Shown in pieces: positions 14,457 through 28,732 of a DNA stretch of 64,000 bases. Numbering within the stretch: the first letter of the stretch is position 1; every line of letters begins with the position of its first letter. Position numbers and translations under genes: made by a program. This stretch comes from the human T2T-CHM13v2.0 reference genome, Homo sapiens, in the NCBI RefSeq assembly GCF_009914755.1, contig NC_060948.1. One strand, given 5' to 3'. The notes below the pieces were generated by a model that worked only from the letters and a program-made list of their open reading frames with translations, made no database searches and was not told where the DNA came from.

Positions 14457-17400
14457 GGCCTGGAATAAAGTGGAATGCTACGGTCTGGAATGGAATAAAA
14501 ATGTATGGAATGGAATGCAATGAAACGGAATCGAATGTCATAGAATGTAATGGAATGCAAAAAAATGGAATCCAAAATCATTGACTGGAAAGGCTGGGTG
14601 TCGAAAGGAATTGACTCCAATGGAATGGAATCGAATGGAATGGAAGTGAATAGAATCGAACTAAATCGAATGGAATGGAATTGATAGGAACGGAATGGAA
14701 AGGAATGCAATGATTTGGCACGGAATGGAATCGAATGGCATCGAATGGAATGGAATGGAATGCAATGGAATGGAACGTATTAGAATGTAATGAACTTTAA
14801 TGGAATGTACTCGAATGGAATCGAGTGGAATGGAATGTTCTGGAAGTGAATGGACTCCAATGGAATGGATTCAAAAGGAATGGAATCGTACGGAATGGAA
14901 TCTAATGGAATGGAATTAAATGGAAATGAATCTAATTGAATAGCACGGAATTGAATTGAATGGAATGGAATGCAATGGAATCTAATGAAACGGAAAGGAA
15001 AGGAATGGAATGGAATGGAATGGGCTGGAATGGAAAGGAATCGAAACGAATGGAATGGAATCGAATTGACGAGACTGGAATGGAATGCACTGGAATGGAA
15101 GGGAGTGTAATGGAAGGTTCTCGAAAAAAATGGAATTGAATGGAATGGAATTGAATGGAACGGAATAGAGTCGAATGGAATTGAATAGAATGGAATGGAC
15201 TAGAGTGAAATGGAATCGAACCACAAGGAATGGACAGGAATAGAATGGTCTCGAATTGAATGGAATCGTATGGAATGGCATCAAACGGAATGGAATGGAC
15301 AGCCACGGAATGGAATGCACTCGAATGCAATGGAGTCGAAACTAATGGACTGGAATAGAATGGACTCGACTGGTACGGACTCCAATGGAATGGAATCGAA
15401 TGGAAGGGAATCGAACGGAATGGACTCGAAGGGAAAAGACTGCAATGGAAAGGTCTCGAATGGAATGGAAATTAATGGAATGGAATGGAATCGAATGAAA
15501 TGGAGTCAAAAGGAATGGAATCGAATGGCAAGAAATCGAATGTAATGGAATCGCAAGGAATTGATGTGAACGGAACGGAATGGAATGGAATCCAAAGGAA
15601 TGGAATAGAATGGAATGGAATCGAATGGAAAGGACTCGAATGGAAATCACTCGAATAGAATGCAATTTAATAAAATAGGATCAAATGTAATGGAATGGAA
15701 TGGAAAGGAATCGAAACGAAAGGAATGGAGACAGATGGAATGGAATGGAACAGAGAGCAATGGTATAGAATGGAATGGAATCATCTGGAATGGAATTGAA
15801 TGGAATGGAATAATATGAAATGGAATGGAATGGAATGGAATGGAATGCCCTTGAATTAAATGGACTGGAATGGAATGGACTCGAACAGAGTGGAATGGAA
15901 AGTGTTGAGATAGAATGGAATGGACTCCTTTGGAATGGTGTAGTATGCAATGCAATCGACTGGCAGGGAATCAAAAGGAATGTAATGGAATGGATTGGAC
16001 AGGAATGAAATGGACTCGAATAGATTGGAAACGGAATGCAAAGGAATGGAATGGAATAGTATGGAATGGAATGGAAAGGAATGGAGTGGAATAGACTAGA
16101 GTGGAATGGAATGGACTGGAAAGCAATAGACTGGAATGGAACTTTCTTGAATGGACTGGAATCAAACGGAATGGAATGCAATGCAATCAAATGGCATGGA
16201 ATAAAATAGAATGAAAGAGAATCAAATGGAATTGAATCGAATGGAATCGAATGGATTGGAAAGGAATAGAATGGAATGGAATGGAATTGACTCAAATGGA
16301 ATGGACTAGAATGGAATGGATTCGAATGGAAGGCAAAGGAATGGAATCTATTGGAATGGACTGTAATGGAATGGAATGGAAGGGATTGGAATGGACTCGA
16401 ATGGAATGGACTGCAATAGAAAGGATTCGAATGGAATGAAAAAGAATTGAATGGAATAGAACAGAATGGAATCAAATCGAATGAAATGGAATGGAATAGA
16501 AAGGAATGGAATGAAATGGAATGGAAAGGATTCGAATGGAATGCAATCGAATGGAATGGAATCGAACGGAATGGAATAAAATGGAAGAAAACTGGCAAGA
16601 AATGGAATCGAAATGAATGGAGTGTTATGGAACGGACTCAAAAGGAATTGAATGTAATAGAATGGAGTGGAGTGGACTCGAATATAATGGACTGGAATGG
16701 AATGAAATCACATGGAATGGGAACGAATGGAATGGAATGGAAAGGAATGGAATCGAATGGAAAGGAATCGAATGGAAGGGAATGAAACTGAATCAACAGG
16801 AATGGAAGGGAATAGAATAGACTGTAATGGAATGGACTCGAATAGAATGGACACGAATGCTGAAATGGAATGGACTCGAATGGAATGGAAACGAAAGGAA
16901 TGTCATCGAATGGAATTGAATCGATTGGAATGAAATCGCATAGAATGGAGTGGAATCAAATGGAATTGAATCGAAAGGAAAGGAAGCGAATGGACTGAAA
17001 TGAAATGGAATGGAATTGAATGGAAAGTAATGCAATGGAATAGAATGGAACGAAATTTCACAGAATGGAATCAAACTGAATGGAATCAAACCAATGGAAT
17101 CAAATCAAATGGAATGGAAAGGAATTGAATGGAGTAGATTGGATTGGATGGGATTGGAATGAAATGTACTGGAAAGGACTCGAATTTCATGAAACGGAAT
17201 GGAATGAATTGGAACGGAACGGACTCGAATGGAATGGAATGTCATGGAATGGCATCAAATGGAATGGCATCAAATGGAATGGAATCGAATGCAATGGAAT
17301 GCTATGGAATGGAATGGAATGCATTGGAATGGAATGTCCTCTAATGGAATGGATTCGAGTGGAATGGAATCGAATATAATGGAGTCGAATGAAATGGAAT

Positions 17401-18000
17401 TGAAAGGAATGGGATCGAATACAATGGAATATACTGGAATGTAATGTAATGAACTCGAATGTAATTGACTGGAATGGAATGTACATGAATGGAATGTAAT
17501 CGAATGGAAAGTAATCCAATGGAATAGAATCTAATGCAATAAAATCGACTCAGATAGAGTAGAATGTAATGGAATGGAGTGCAGTGCAATGGAATGGAAT
17601 GGAATGGAATGCAATGGAATGGAATGGAATGGAATGGAATGGAATGGAATGGGATGGAATGGTATGGAATGGATAGTAATGGACTGGAGTGAAATGGACT
17701 GGAAAGGAATGGACTCAAATTGAAAGGGCTGGAAAGGAATGGAGTCAAATGGAATGGTCTGGAATGGAATGAACACGAAAGTAATGCAATCCAATAGAAT
17801 GGAATCGAATGGCATGGAATATAATGAAATGGAATCGAAGAGAATGGAAACAAATGGAATGGAATTGAATGGAATGGGAACGAATGGAGTGAAATTGTAT
17901 GCAGTAGAAGGGAATAGAATGGAATGCAAGCGAAAGGAAAGGAATGGATTGGAATGGAATGGAATTCATTGGAATGGAAGGGAATGTAGTGTAATGGACA
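14457..18000 (+). repeat. DYZ1 unit U5 (3,544 bp), class B-like
   Basis: GGCC at 14457 and 18001; GCAATAGACT variant ~16123; 15-bp deletion ~17865. Confidence 0.9.
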
Positions 18001-21000
18001 GGCCTGGAATAAAGTGGAATGCTACGGTCTCGAATGGAATAAAAATGTATGGAATGGAATGCAATGAAACGGAATCGAATGTCATAGAATGTAATGGAAT
18101 GCAAAAAAATGGAATCCAAAATCATTGACTGGAAAGGCTGGGTGTCGAAAGGAATTGACTCCAATGGAATGGAATCGAATGGAATGGAAGTGAATAGAAT
18201 CGAACTAAATCGAATGGAATGGAATTGATAGGAACGGAATGGAAAGGAATGCAATGATTTGGCACGGAATGGAATCGAATGGCATCGAATGGAATGGAAT
18301 GGAATGCAATGGAATGGAACGTATTAGAATGTAATGAACTTTAATGGAATGTACTCGAATGGAATCGACTGGAATGGAATGTTCTGGAAGTGAATGGACT
18401 CCAATGGAATGGATACAAAAGGAATGGAATCGTACGGAATGGAATCTAATGGAATGGAATTAAATGGAAATGAATCAAATTGAATAGCATGGAATTGAAT
18501 TGAATGGAATCAAATGCAATGGAATCTAATGAAACGGAAAGGAAAGGAATGGAATGGAATGGAATGGGCTGGAATGGAAAGGAATCGAAACGAATGGAAT
18601 GGAATCGAATTGACGAGACTGGAATGGAATGCACTGGAATGGAAGGGAGTGTAATGGAAGGTTCTCGAAAAAAATGGAATCGAATGGAATGGAATTGAAT
18701 GGAACGGAATAGAGTCGAATGGAATTGAATAGAATGGAATGGACTAGAGTGAAATGGAATCGAACCACAAGGAATGGACAGGAATAGAATGGTCTCGAAT
18801 TGAATGGAATCGTATGGAATGGCATCAAACGGAATGGAATGGACAGCCACGGAATGGAATGCACTCGAATGCAATGGAGTCGAAACTAATGGACTGGAAT
18901 AGAATGGACTCGACTGGTACGGACTCCAATGGAATGGAATCGAATGGAAGGGAATCGAACGGAATGGACTCGAAGGGAAAAGACTGCAATGGAAAGGTCT
19001 CGAATGGAATGGAAATTAATGGAATGGAATGGAATCGAATGAAATGGAGTCAAAAGGAATGGAATCGAATGGCAAGAAATCGAATGTAATGGAATCGCAA
19101 GGAATTGATGTGAACGGAACGGAATGGAATGGAATCCAAAGGAATGGAATAGAATGGAATGGAATCGAATGGAAAGGACTCGAATGGAAATCACTCGAAT
19201 AGAATGCAATTTAATAAAATAGGATCAAATGTAATGGAATGGAATGGAAAGGAATCGAAATGAAAGGAATGGAGACAGATGGAATGGAATGGAACAGAGA
19301 GCAATGGTATAGAATGGAATGGAATCATCTGGAATGGAATTGAATGGAATGGAATAATATGAAATGGAATGGAATGGAATGGAATGGAATGCCCTTGAAT
19401 TAAATGGACTGGAATGGAATGGACTCGAACAGAGTGGAATGGAAAGTGTTGAGATAGAATAGAATGGACTCGTTTGGAATGGTCTAGTATGCAATGCAAT
19501 CGACTGGCAGGGAATCAAAAGGAATGTAATGGAATGGATTGGACAGGAATGAAATGGACTCGAATAGATTGGAAACGGAATGCAAAGGAATGGAATGGAA
19601 TAGTATGGAATGGAATGGAAAGGAATGGAGTGGAATAGACTAGACTGGAATGGAATGGACTGGAAAGCAATGGACTGGAATGGAACTTTCTTGAATGGAC
19701 TGGAATCAAACGGAATGGAATGCAATGCAATCAAATGGCATGGAATAAAATAGAATGAAAGAGAATCAAATGGAATTGAATCGAATGGAATTGAATGGAT
19801 TGGAAAGGAATAGAATGGAATGGAATGGAATTGACTCAAATGGAATGGACTAGAATGGAATGGATTCGAATGGAAGGCAAAGGAATGGAATCTATTGGAA
19901 TGGACTGTAATGGAATGGAATGGAAGGGATTGGAATGGACTCGAATGGAATGGACTGCAATAGAAAGGATTCGAATGGAATGAAAAAGAATTGAATGGAA
20001 TAGAACAGAATGGAATCAAATCGAATGAAATGGAATGGAATAGAAAGGAATGGAATGAAATGGAATGGAAAGGATTCGAATGGAATGCAATCGAATGGAA
20101 TGGAATCGAACGGAATGGAATAAAATGGAAGAAAACTGGCAAGAAATGGAATCGAAATGAATGGAGTGTTATGGAACGGACTCAAAAGGAATTGAATGTA
20201 ATAGAATGGAGTGGAGTGGACTCGAATATAATGGACTGGAATGGAATGAAATCACATGGAATGGGAACGAATGGAATGGAATGGAAAGGAATGGAATCGA
20301 ATGGAAAGGAATCGAATGGAAGGGAATGAAATTGAATCAACAGGAATGGAAGGGAATAGAATAGACTGTAATGGAATGGACTCGAATAGAATGGACACGA
20401 ATGCTGAAATTGAATGGACTCGAATGGAATGGAAACGAAAGGAATGTCATCGAATGGAATTGAATCGATTGGAATGAAATCGCATAGAATGGAGTGGAAT
20501 CAAATGGAATTGAATCGAAAGGAAAGGAAGCGAATGGACTGAAATGAAATGGAATGGAATTGAATGGAAAGTAATGCAATGGAATAGAATGGAACGAAAT
20601 TTCACAGAATGGAATTAAACTGAATGGAATCAAACCAAAGGAATCAAATCAAATGGAATGGAAAGGAATTGAATGGAGTAGATTGGATTGGATGGGATTG
20701 GAATGAAATGTACTGGAAAGGACTCGAATTTCATGAAACGGAATGGAATGAATTGGAACGGAACGGACTCGAATGGAATGGAATGTCATGGAATGGCATC
20801 AAATGGAATGGCATCAAATGGAATGGAATCGAATGCAATGGAATGCTATGGAATGGAATGGAATGCATTTTAATGGAATGTCCTCTAATGGAATGGATTC
20901 GAGTGGAATGGAATCGAATATAATGGAGTCGAATGAAATGGAATTGAAAGGAATGGGATCGAATACAATGGAATATACTGGAATGTAATGTAATGAACTC

Positions 21001-21544
21001 GAATGTAATTGACTGGAATGGAATGTACATGAATGGAATGTAATCGAATGGAAAGTAATCCAATGGAATAGAATCTAATGCAATAAAATCGACTCAGATA
21101 GAGTAGAATGTAATGGAATGGAGTGCAGTGCAATGGAATGGAATGGAATGGAATGCAATGGAATGGAATGGAATGGAATGGAATGGAATGGTGTGGAATG
21201 GATAGTAATGGACTGGAGTGAAATGGACTGGAAAGGAATGGACTCAAATTGAATGGGCTCGAAAGGAATGGAGTCAAATGGAATGGTCTGGAATGGAATG
21301 AACACGAATGTAATGCAATCCAATAGAATGGAATCGAATGGCATGGAATATAAAGAAATGGAATTGAAGAGAATGGAAACAAATGGAATGGAATTGAGTG
21401 GAATGGAATTGAATGGAATGGGAACGAATGGAGTGAAATTGTATGCAGTAGAAGAGAATAGAATGGAATGCAAGCGAAAGGAAAGGAATGGATTGGAATG
21501 GAATGGAATTCATTGGAATGGAAGGGAATGTAGTGTAATGGACA
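18001..21544 (+). repeat. DYZ1 unit U6 (3,544 bp), class C
   Basis: GGCC at 18001 and 21545; GCATTTTAAT variant ~20865. Confidence 0.9.
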
Positions 21545-24500
21545 GGCCTGGAATAAAGTGGAATGCTACGGTCTCGAATGGAATAAAAATGTATGGAATG
21601 GAATGCAATGAAACGGAATCGAATGTCATAGAATGTAATGGAATGCAAAAAAATGGACTCCAAAATCATTGACTGGAAAGGCTGGGTGTCGAAAGGAATT
21701 GACTCCAATGGAATGGAATCGAATGGAATGGAAGTGAATAGAATCGAACTAAATCGAATGGAATGGAATTGATAGGAACGGAATGGAAAGGAATGCAATG
21801 ATTTGGCATGGAATGGAATCGAATGGCATCGAATGGAATGGAATGGAATGCAATGGAATGGAATGTATTAGAATGTAATGAACTTTAATGGAATGTACTC
21901 GAATGGATTCGACTGGAATGGAATGTTCTGGAAGTGAATGGACTCCAATGGAATGGATTCAAAAGGAATGGAATCGTACGGAATGGAATCTAATGGAATG
22001 GAATTAAATGGAAATGAATCAAATTGAATAGCACGGAATTGAATTGAATGGAATGGAATGCAATGGAATCTAATGAAACGGAAAGGAAAGGAATGGAATG
22101 GAATGGAATGGGCTGGAATGGAAAGGAATCGAAACGAATGGAATGGAATCGAACTGAAGAGACTGGAATGGAATGCACTGGAATGGAAGGGAGTGTAATG
22201 GAAGGTTCTCGAAAAAAATGGAATGGAATGGAATGGAATTGAATGGAACGGAATAGAGTCGAATGGAATTGAATGCAATGGAATGGACTAGAGTGAAATG
22301 GAATCGAACAACAAGGAATGGACAGGAATAGAATGGTCTCGAATTGAATGGAATCGTATGGAATGGCATCAAACGGAATGGAATGGACAGCCACGGAATG
22401 GAATGCACTCGAATGCAATGGAGTCGAAACTAATGGACTGGAATAGAATGGACTCGACTGGTATGGACTCCAATGGAATGGAATCGAATGGAAGGGAATC
22501 GAACGGAATGGACTCGAAGGGACAAGACTGCAATGGAAAGGTCTCGAATGGAATGGAAATTAATGGAATGGAATGGAATCGAATGAAATGGAGTCAAAAG
22601 GAATGGAATCGAATGGCAAGAAATCGAATGTAATGGAATCGCAAGGAATTGATGTGAACGGAACGGAATGGAATGGAATCCAAAGGAATGGAATAGAATG
22701 GAATGGAATCGAATGGAAAGGACTCGAATGGAAATCACTCGAATAGAATGCAATTTAATAAAATAGGATCAAATGTAATGGAATGGAATGGAAAGAAATC
22801 GAAACGAAAGGAATGGAGACAGATGGAATGGAATGGAACAGAGAGCAATGGTATAGAATGGAATGGAATCATCTGGAATGGAATTGAATGGAATGGAATA
22901 ATATGAAATGGAATGGAATGGAATGGAATGGAATGCCCTTGAATTAAATGGACTGGAATGGAATGGACTCGAACAGAGTGGAATGGAAAGTGTTGAGATA
23001 GAATGGAATGGACTCCTTTGGAATGGTCTAGTATGCAATGCAATCGACTGGTAGGGAATCAAAAGGAATGTAATCGAATGGATTGGACTGGAATGCAATG
23101 GACTCGAATAGATTGGAAACGGAATGCAAAGGAATGGAATGGAATAGTATGGAATGGAATGGAAAGGAATGGAGTGGAATAGACTAGAGTGGAATGGAAT
23201 GGACTGGAAAGCAATGGACTGGAATGGAACTTTCTTGAATGGACTGGAATCAAACGGAATGGAATGCAATGCAATCAAATGGCATGGAATAAAATAGAAT
23301 GAAAGACAATCAAATGGAATTGAATCGAATGGAATCGAATGGATTGGAAAGGAATAGAATGGAATGGAATGGAATTGACTCAAATGGAATGGACTAGAAT
23401 GGAATGGATTCGAATGGAAGGCAAAGGAATGGAATCTATTGGAATGGACTGTAATGGAATGGAATGGAAGGGATTGGAATGGACTCGAATGGAATGGACT
23501 GCAATAGAAAGGATTCGAATGGAATGAAAAAGAATTGAATGGAATAGAACAGAATGGAATCAAATCGAATGAAATGGAATGGAATAGAAAGGAATGGAAT
23601 GAAATGGAATGGAAAGGATTCGAATGGAATGCAATCGAATGGAATGGAATCGAACGAAATGGAATAAAATGGAAGAAAACTGGCAAGAAATGGAATCGAA
23701 ATGAATGGAGTGTTATGGAACGGACTCAAAAGGAATTGAATGTAATAGAATGGAGTGGAGTGGACTCGAATATAATGGACTGGAATGGAATGAAATCACA
23801 TGGAATGGGAACGAATGGAATGGAATGGAAAGGAATGGAATCGAATGGAAAGGAATCGAATGGAAGGGAATGAAATTGAATCAACAGGAATGGAAGGGAA
23901 TTGAATAGACGGTAATGGAATGGACTCGAATAGAATGGACACGAATGCTCAAATTGAATGGACTCGAATGGAATGGAAACGAAAGGAATGTCATCGAATG
24001 GAATTGAATCGATTGGAATGAAATCGCATAGAATGGAGTGGAATCAAATGGAATTGAATCGAAAGGAAAGGAAGCGAATGGACTGAAATGAAATGGAATG
24101 GAATTGAATGGAAAGTAATGCAATGGAATAGAATGGAATGAAATTTCACGGAATGGAATCAAACTGAATGGAATCAAATCAATGGAATCTAATCAAATGG
24201 AATGGAAAGGAATTGAATGGAGTAGATTGGATTGGATGGGATTGGAATGAAATGTACTGGAAAGGACTCGAATTTCATGAAACGGAATGGAATGAATTGG
24301 AACGGAATGGACTCGAATGGAATGGAATGTCATGGAATGGCATCAAATGGAATGGCATCAAATGGAATGGAATCGAATGCAATGGAATGCTATAGAATGG
24401 AATGGAATGCATTGGAATGGAATGTCCTCTAATGGAATGGATACGAGTGGAATGGAATCGAATATAATGGAGTCGAATGAAATGGAATTGAAAGGAATGG

Positions 24501-25113
24501 GATCGAATAGAATGGAATATACTGAAATGTAATGTAATGAACTCGAATGTAATTGACTGGAATGGAATGTACATGAATGGAATGTAATCGAATGGAAAGT
24601 AATCCAATGGAATAGAATCTAATGCAATAAAACCGACTCAGATAGAGTAGAATGTAATGGAATGGAGTGCAGTGCAATGGAATGGAATGGAATTGAATGC
24701 AATGGAATGGAATGGAATGGAATGGAATGGAATGGAATGGAATGGAATGGGATGGAATGGTATGGAATGGATAGTAATGGACTGGAGTGAAATGGACTGG
24801 AAAGGAATTGACACAAATTGAAATTGCTCGAAAGGAATGGAGTCAAATGGAATGGTCTGGAATGGAATGAACACGAATGTAATGCAATGCAATAGAATGG
24901 AAACGAATGGCATGGAATATAAAGAAATGGAATCGAAGAGAATGGAAACAAATGGAATGGAATTGAATGGAATGGAATTGAATGGAATGGGAACGAATGG
25001 AGTGAAATTGTATGCAGTAGAAGGGAATAGAATGGAATGCAAGCGAAAGGAAAGGAATGGATTGGAATGGAATGGAATTCATTGGAATGGAAGGGAATGT
25101 AGTGTAATGGACA
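21545..25113 (+). repeat. DYZ1 unit U7 (3,569 bp), class D
   Basis: GGCC at 21545 and 25114; GGGACAAGACT ~22519, AAACCGACT ~24630. Confidence 0.9.
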
Positions 25114-28100
25114 GGCCTGGAATAAAGTGGAATGCTACGGTCTCGAATGGAATAAAAATGTATGGAATGGAATGCAATGAAACGGAATCGAATGTCATAG
25201 AATGTAATGGAATGCAAAAAAATGGAATCCAAAATCATTGACTGGAAAGGCTGGGTGTCGAAAGGAATTGACTCCAATGGAATGGAATCGAATGGAATGG
25301 AAGTGAATAGAATCGAACTAAATCGAATGGAATGGAATTGATAGGAACGGAATGGAAAGGAATGCAATGATTTGGCATGGAATGGAATCGAATGGCATCG
25401 AATGGAATGGAATGGAATGCAATGGAATGGAATGTATTAGAATGTAATGAACTTTAATGGAATGTACTCGAATGGATTCGACTGGAATGGAATGTTCTGG
25501 AAGTGAATGGACTCCAATGGAATGGATTCAAAAGGAATGGAATCGTACGGAATGGAATCTAATGGAATGGAATTAAATGGAAATGAATCAAATTGAATAG
25601 CACGGAATTGAATTGAATGGAATCGAATGCAATGGAATCTAATGAAACGGAAAGGAAAGGAATGGAATGGAATGGAATGGGCTGGAATGGAAAGGAATCG
25701 AAACGAATGGAATGGAATCGAACTGAAGAGACTGGAATGGAATGCACTGGAATGGAAGGGAGTGTAATGGAAGGTTCTCGAAAAAAATGGAATCGAATGG
25801 AATGGAATTGAATGGAACGGAATAGAGTCGAATGGAATTGAATGGAATGGAATGGACTAGAGTGAAATGGAATCGAACCACAAGGAATGGACAGGAATAG
25901 AATGGTCTCGAATTGAATGGAATCGTATGGAATGGCATCAAACGGAATGGAATGGACAGCCACGGAATGGAATGCACTCGAATGCAATGGAGTCGAAACT
26001 AATGGACTGGAATAGAATGGACTCGACTGGTACGGACTCCAATGGAAGGGAATCGAATGGAAGCGAATCGAACGGAATGGACTCGAAGGGAAAAGACTGC
26101 AATGGAAAGGTCTCGAATGGAATGGAAATTAATGGAATGGAATGGAATCGAATGAAATGGAGTCAAAAGGAATGGAATCGAATGGCAAGAAATCGAATGT
26201 AATGGAATCGCAAGGAATTGATGTGAACGGAACGGAATGGAATGGAATCCAAAGGAATGGAATAGAATGGAATGGAATCGAATGGAAAGGACTCGAATGG
26301 AAATCACTCGAATAGAATGCAATTTAATAAAATAGGATCAAATGTAATGGAATGGAATGGAAAGGAATCGAAACGAAAGGAATGGAGACAGATGGAATGG
26401 AATAGAACAGAGAGCAATGGTATAGAATGGAAAGGAATCATCTGGAATGGAATTGAATGGAATGGAATAATATGAAATGGAATGGAATGGAATGGAATGG
26501 AATGCCCTTGAATTAAATGGACTGGAATGGAATGGACTCGAACAGAGTGGAATGGAAAGTGTTGAGATAGAATGGAATGGACTCGTTTGGAATGGTCTAG
26601 TATGCAATGCAATCGACTGGCAGGGAATCAAAAGGAATGTAATCGAATGGATTGGACTGGAATGCAATGGACTCGAATAGATTGCAAACGGAATGCAAAG
26701 GAATGGAATGGAATAGTATGGAATGGAATGGAAAGGAATGGAGTGGAATAGACTAGACTGGAATGGAATGGACTGGAAAGCAATGGACTGGAATGGAACT
26801 TTCTTGAATGGACTGGAATCAAACGGAATGGAATGCAATGCAATCAAATGGCATGGAATAAACTAGAATGAAAGAGAATCAAATGGAATTGTATCGAATG
26901 GAATCGAATGGATTGGAAAGGAATAGAATGGAATGGAATGGAATGGACTAGAATGGAATGGATTCGAATGGAAGGCAAAGGAATGGAATCTATTGGAATG
27001 GACTGTAATGGAATGGAATGGAAGGGATTGGAATGGACTCGAATGGAATGGACTGCAATAGAAAGGATTCGAATGGAATGAAAAAGAATTGAATGGAATA
27101 GAACAGAATGGAATCAAATCGAATGAAATGGAATGGAATAGAAAGGAATGGAATGAAATGGAATGGAAAGGATTCGAATGGAATGCAATCGAATGGAATG
27201 GAATCGAACGGAATGGAATAAAATGGAAGAAAACTGGCAAGAAATGGAATCGAAATGAATGGAGTGTTATGGAACGGACTCAAAAGGAATTGAATGTAAT
27301 AGAATGGAGTGGAGTGGACTCGAATATAATGGACTGGAATGGAATGAAATCACATGGAATGGGAACGAATGGAATGGAATGGAAAGGAATGGAATCGAAT
27401 GGAAAGGAATCGAATGGAAGGGAATGAAATTGAATCAACAGGAATGGAAGGGAATAGAATAGACGGTAATGGAATGGAATCGAATAGAATGGACACGAAT
27501 GCTCAAATGGAATGGACTCGAATGGAATGGAAACGAAAGGAATGTCATTGAATGGAATTGAATCGATTGGAATGAAATCGCATAGAATGGAGTGGAATCA
27601 AATGGAATTGAATCGAAAGGAAAGGAAGCGAATGGACTGAAATGAAATGGAATGGAATTGAATGGAAAGTAATGCAATGGAATAGAATGGAACGAAATTT
27701 CACAGAATGGAATCAAACTGAATGGAATCAAATCAATGGAATCCAATCAAATGGAATGGAGTAGATTGGATTGGATGGGATTGGAATGAAATGTACTGGA
27801 AAGGGCTCGAATTTCATGAAACGGAATGGAATGAATTGGAACGGAATGGACTCGAATGGAATGGAATGTCATAGAATGGCATCAAATGGAATGGCATCAA
27901 ATGGAATGGAATCGAATGCAATGGAATGCTATGGAATGGAATGGAATGCATTGGAATGGAATGTCCTCTAATGGAATGGATTCGAGTGGAATGGAATCGA
28001 ATATAATGGAGTCGAATGAAATGGAATTGAAAGGAATGGGATCGAATACAATGGAATATACTGGAATGTAATGTAATGAACTCGAATGTAATTGACTGGA

Positions 28101-28732
28101 ATGGAATGTACATGAATGGAATGTAATCGAATGGAAAGTAATCCAATGGAATAGAATCTAATGCAATAAAATCTACTCAGATAGAGTAGAATGTAATGGA
28201 ATGGAGTGCAGTGCAATGGAATGGAATGGAATGGAATGCAATGGAATGGAATGGAATGGAATGGAATGGAATGGAATGGAATGGAATGGAGTGCAGTGCA
28301 ATGGAATGGAATGGAATGGAATGCAATGGAATGGAATGGAATGGAATGGAATGGAATGGAATGGAATGGGATGGAATGGTATGGAATGGATGGTAATGGA
28401 CTGGAGTGAAATGGACTGGAAAGGAATGGACTCAAATTGAAAGGGCTGGAAAGGAATGGAGTCAAATGGAATGGTCTGGAATGGAATGAACACGAAAGTA
28501 ATGCAATCCAATAGAATGGAATCGAATGGCATGGAATATAATGAAATGGAATCGAAGAGAATGGAAACAAATGGAATGGAATTGAATGGAATGGAATTGA
28601 ATGGAATGGGAACGAATGGAGTGAAATTGTATGCAGTAGAAGGGAATAGAATGGAATGCAAGCGAAAGGAAAGGAATGGATTGGAAAGGAATGGAATTCA
28701 TTGGAATGGAAGGGAATGTAGTGTAATGGACA
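25114..28732 (+). repeat. DYZ1 unit U8 (3,619 bp), class A, with internal 85-bp duplication
   Basis: GGCC at 25114 and 28733; two 15-bp deletions (~26940, ~27755); GAGTGCAGTGC present twice (28204, 28289). Confidence 0.9.
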
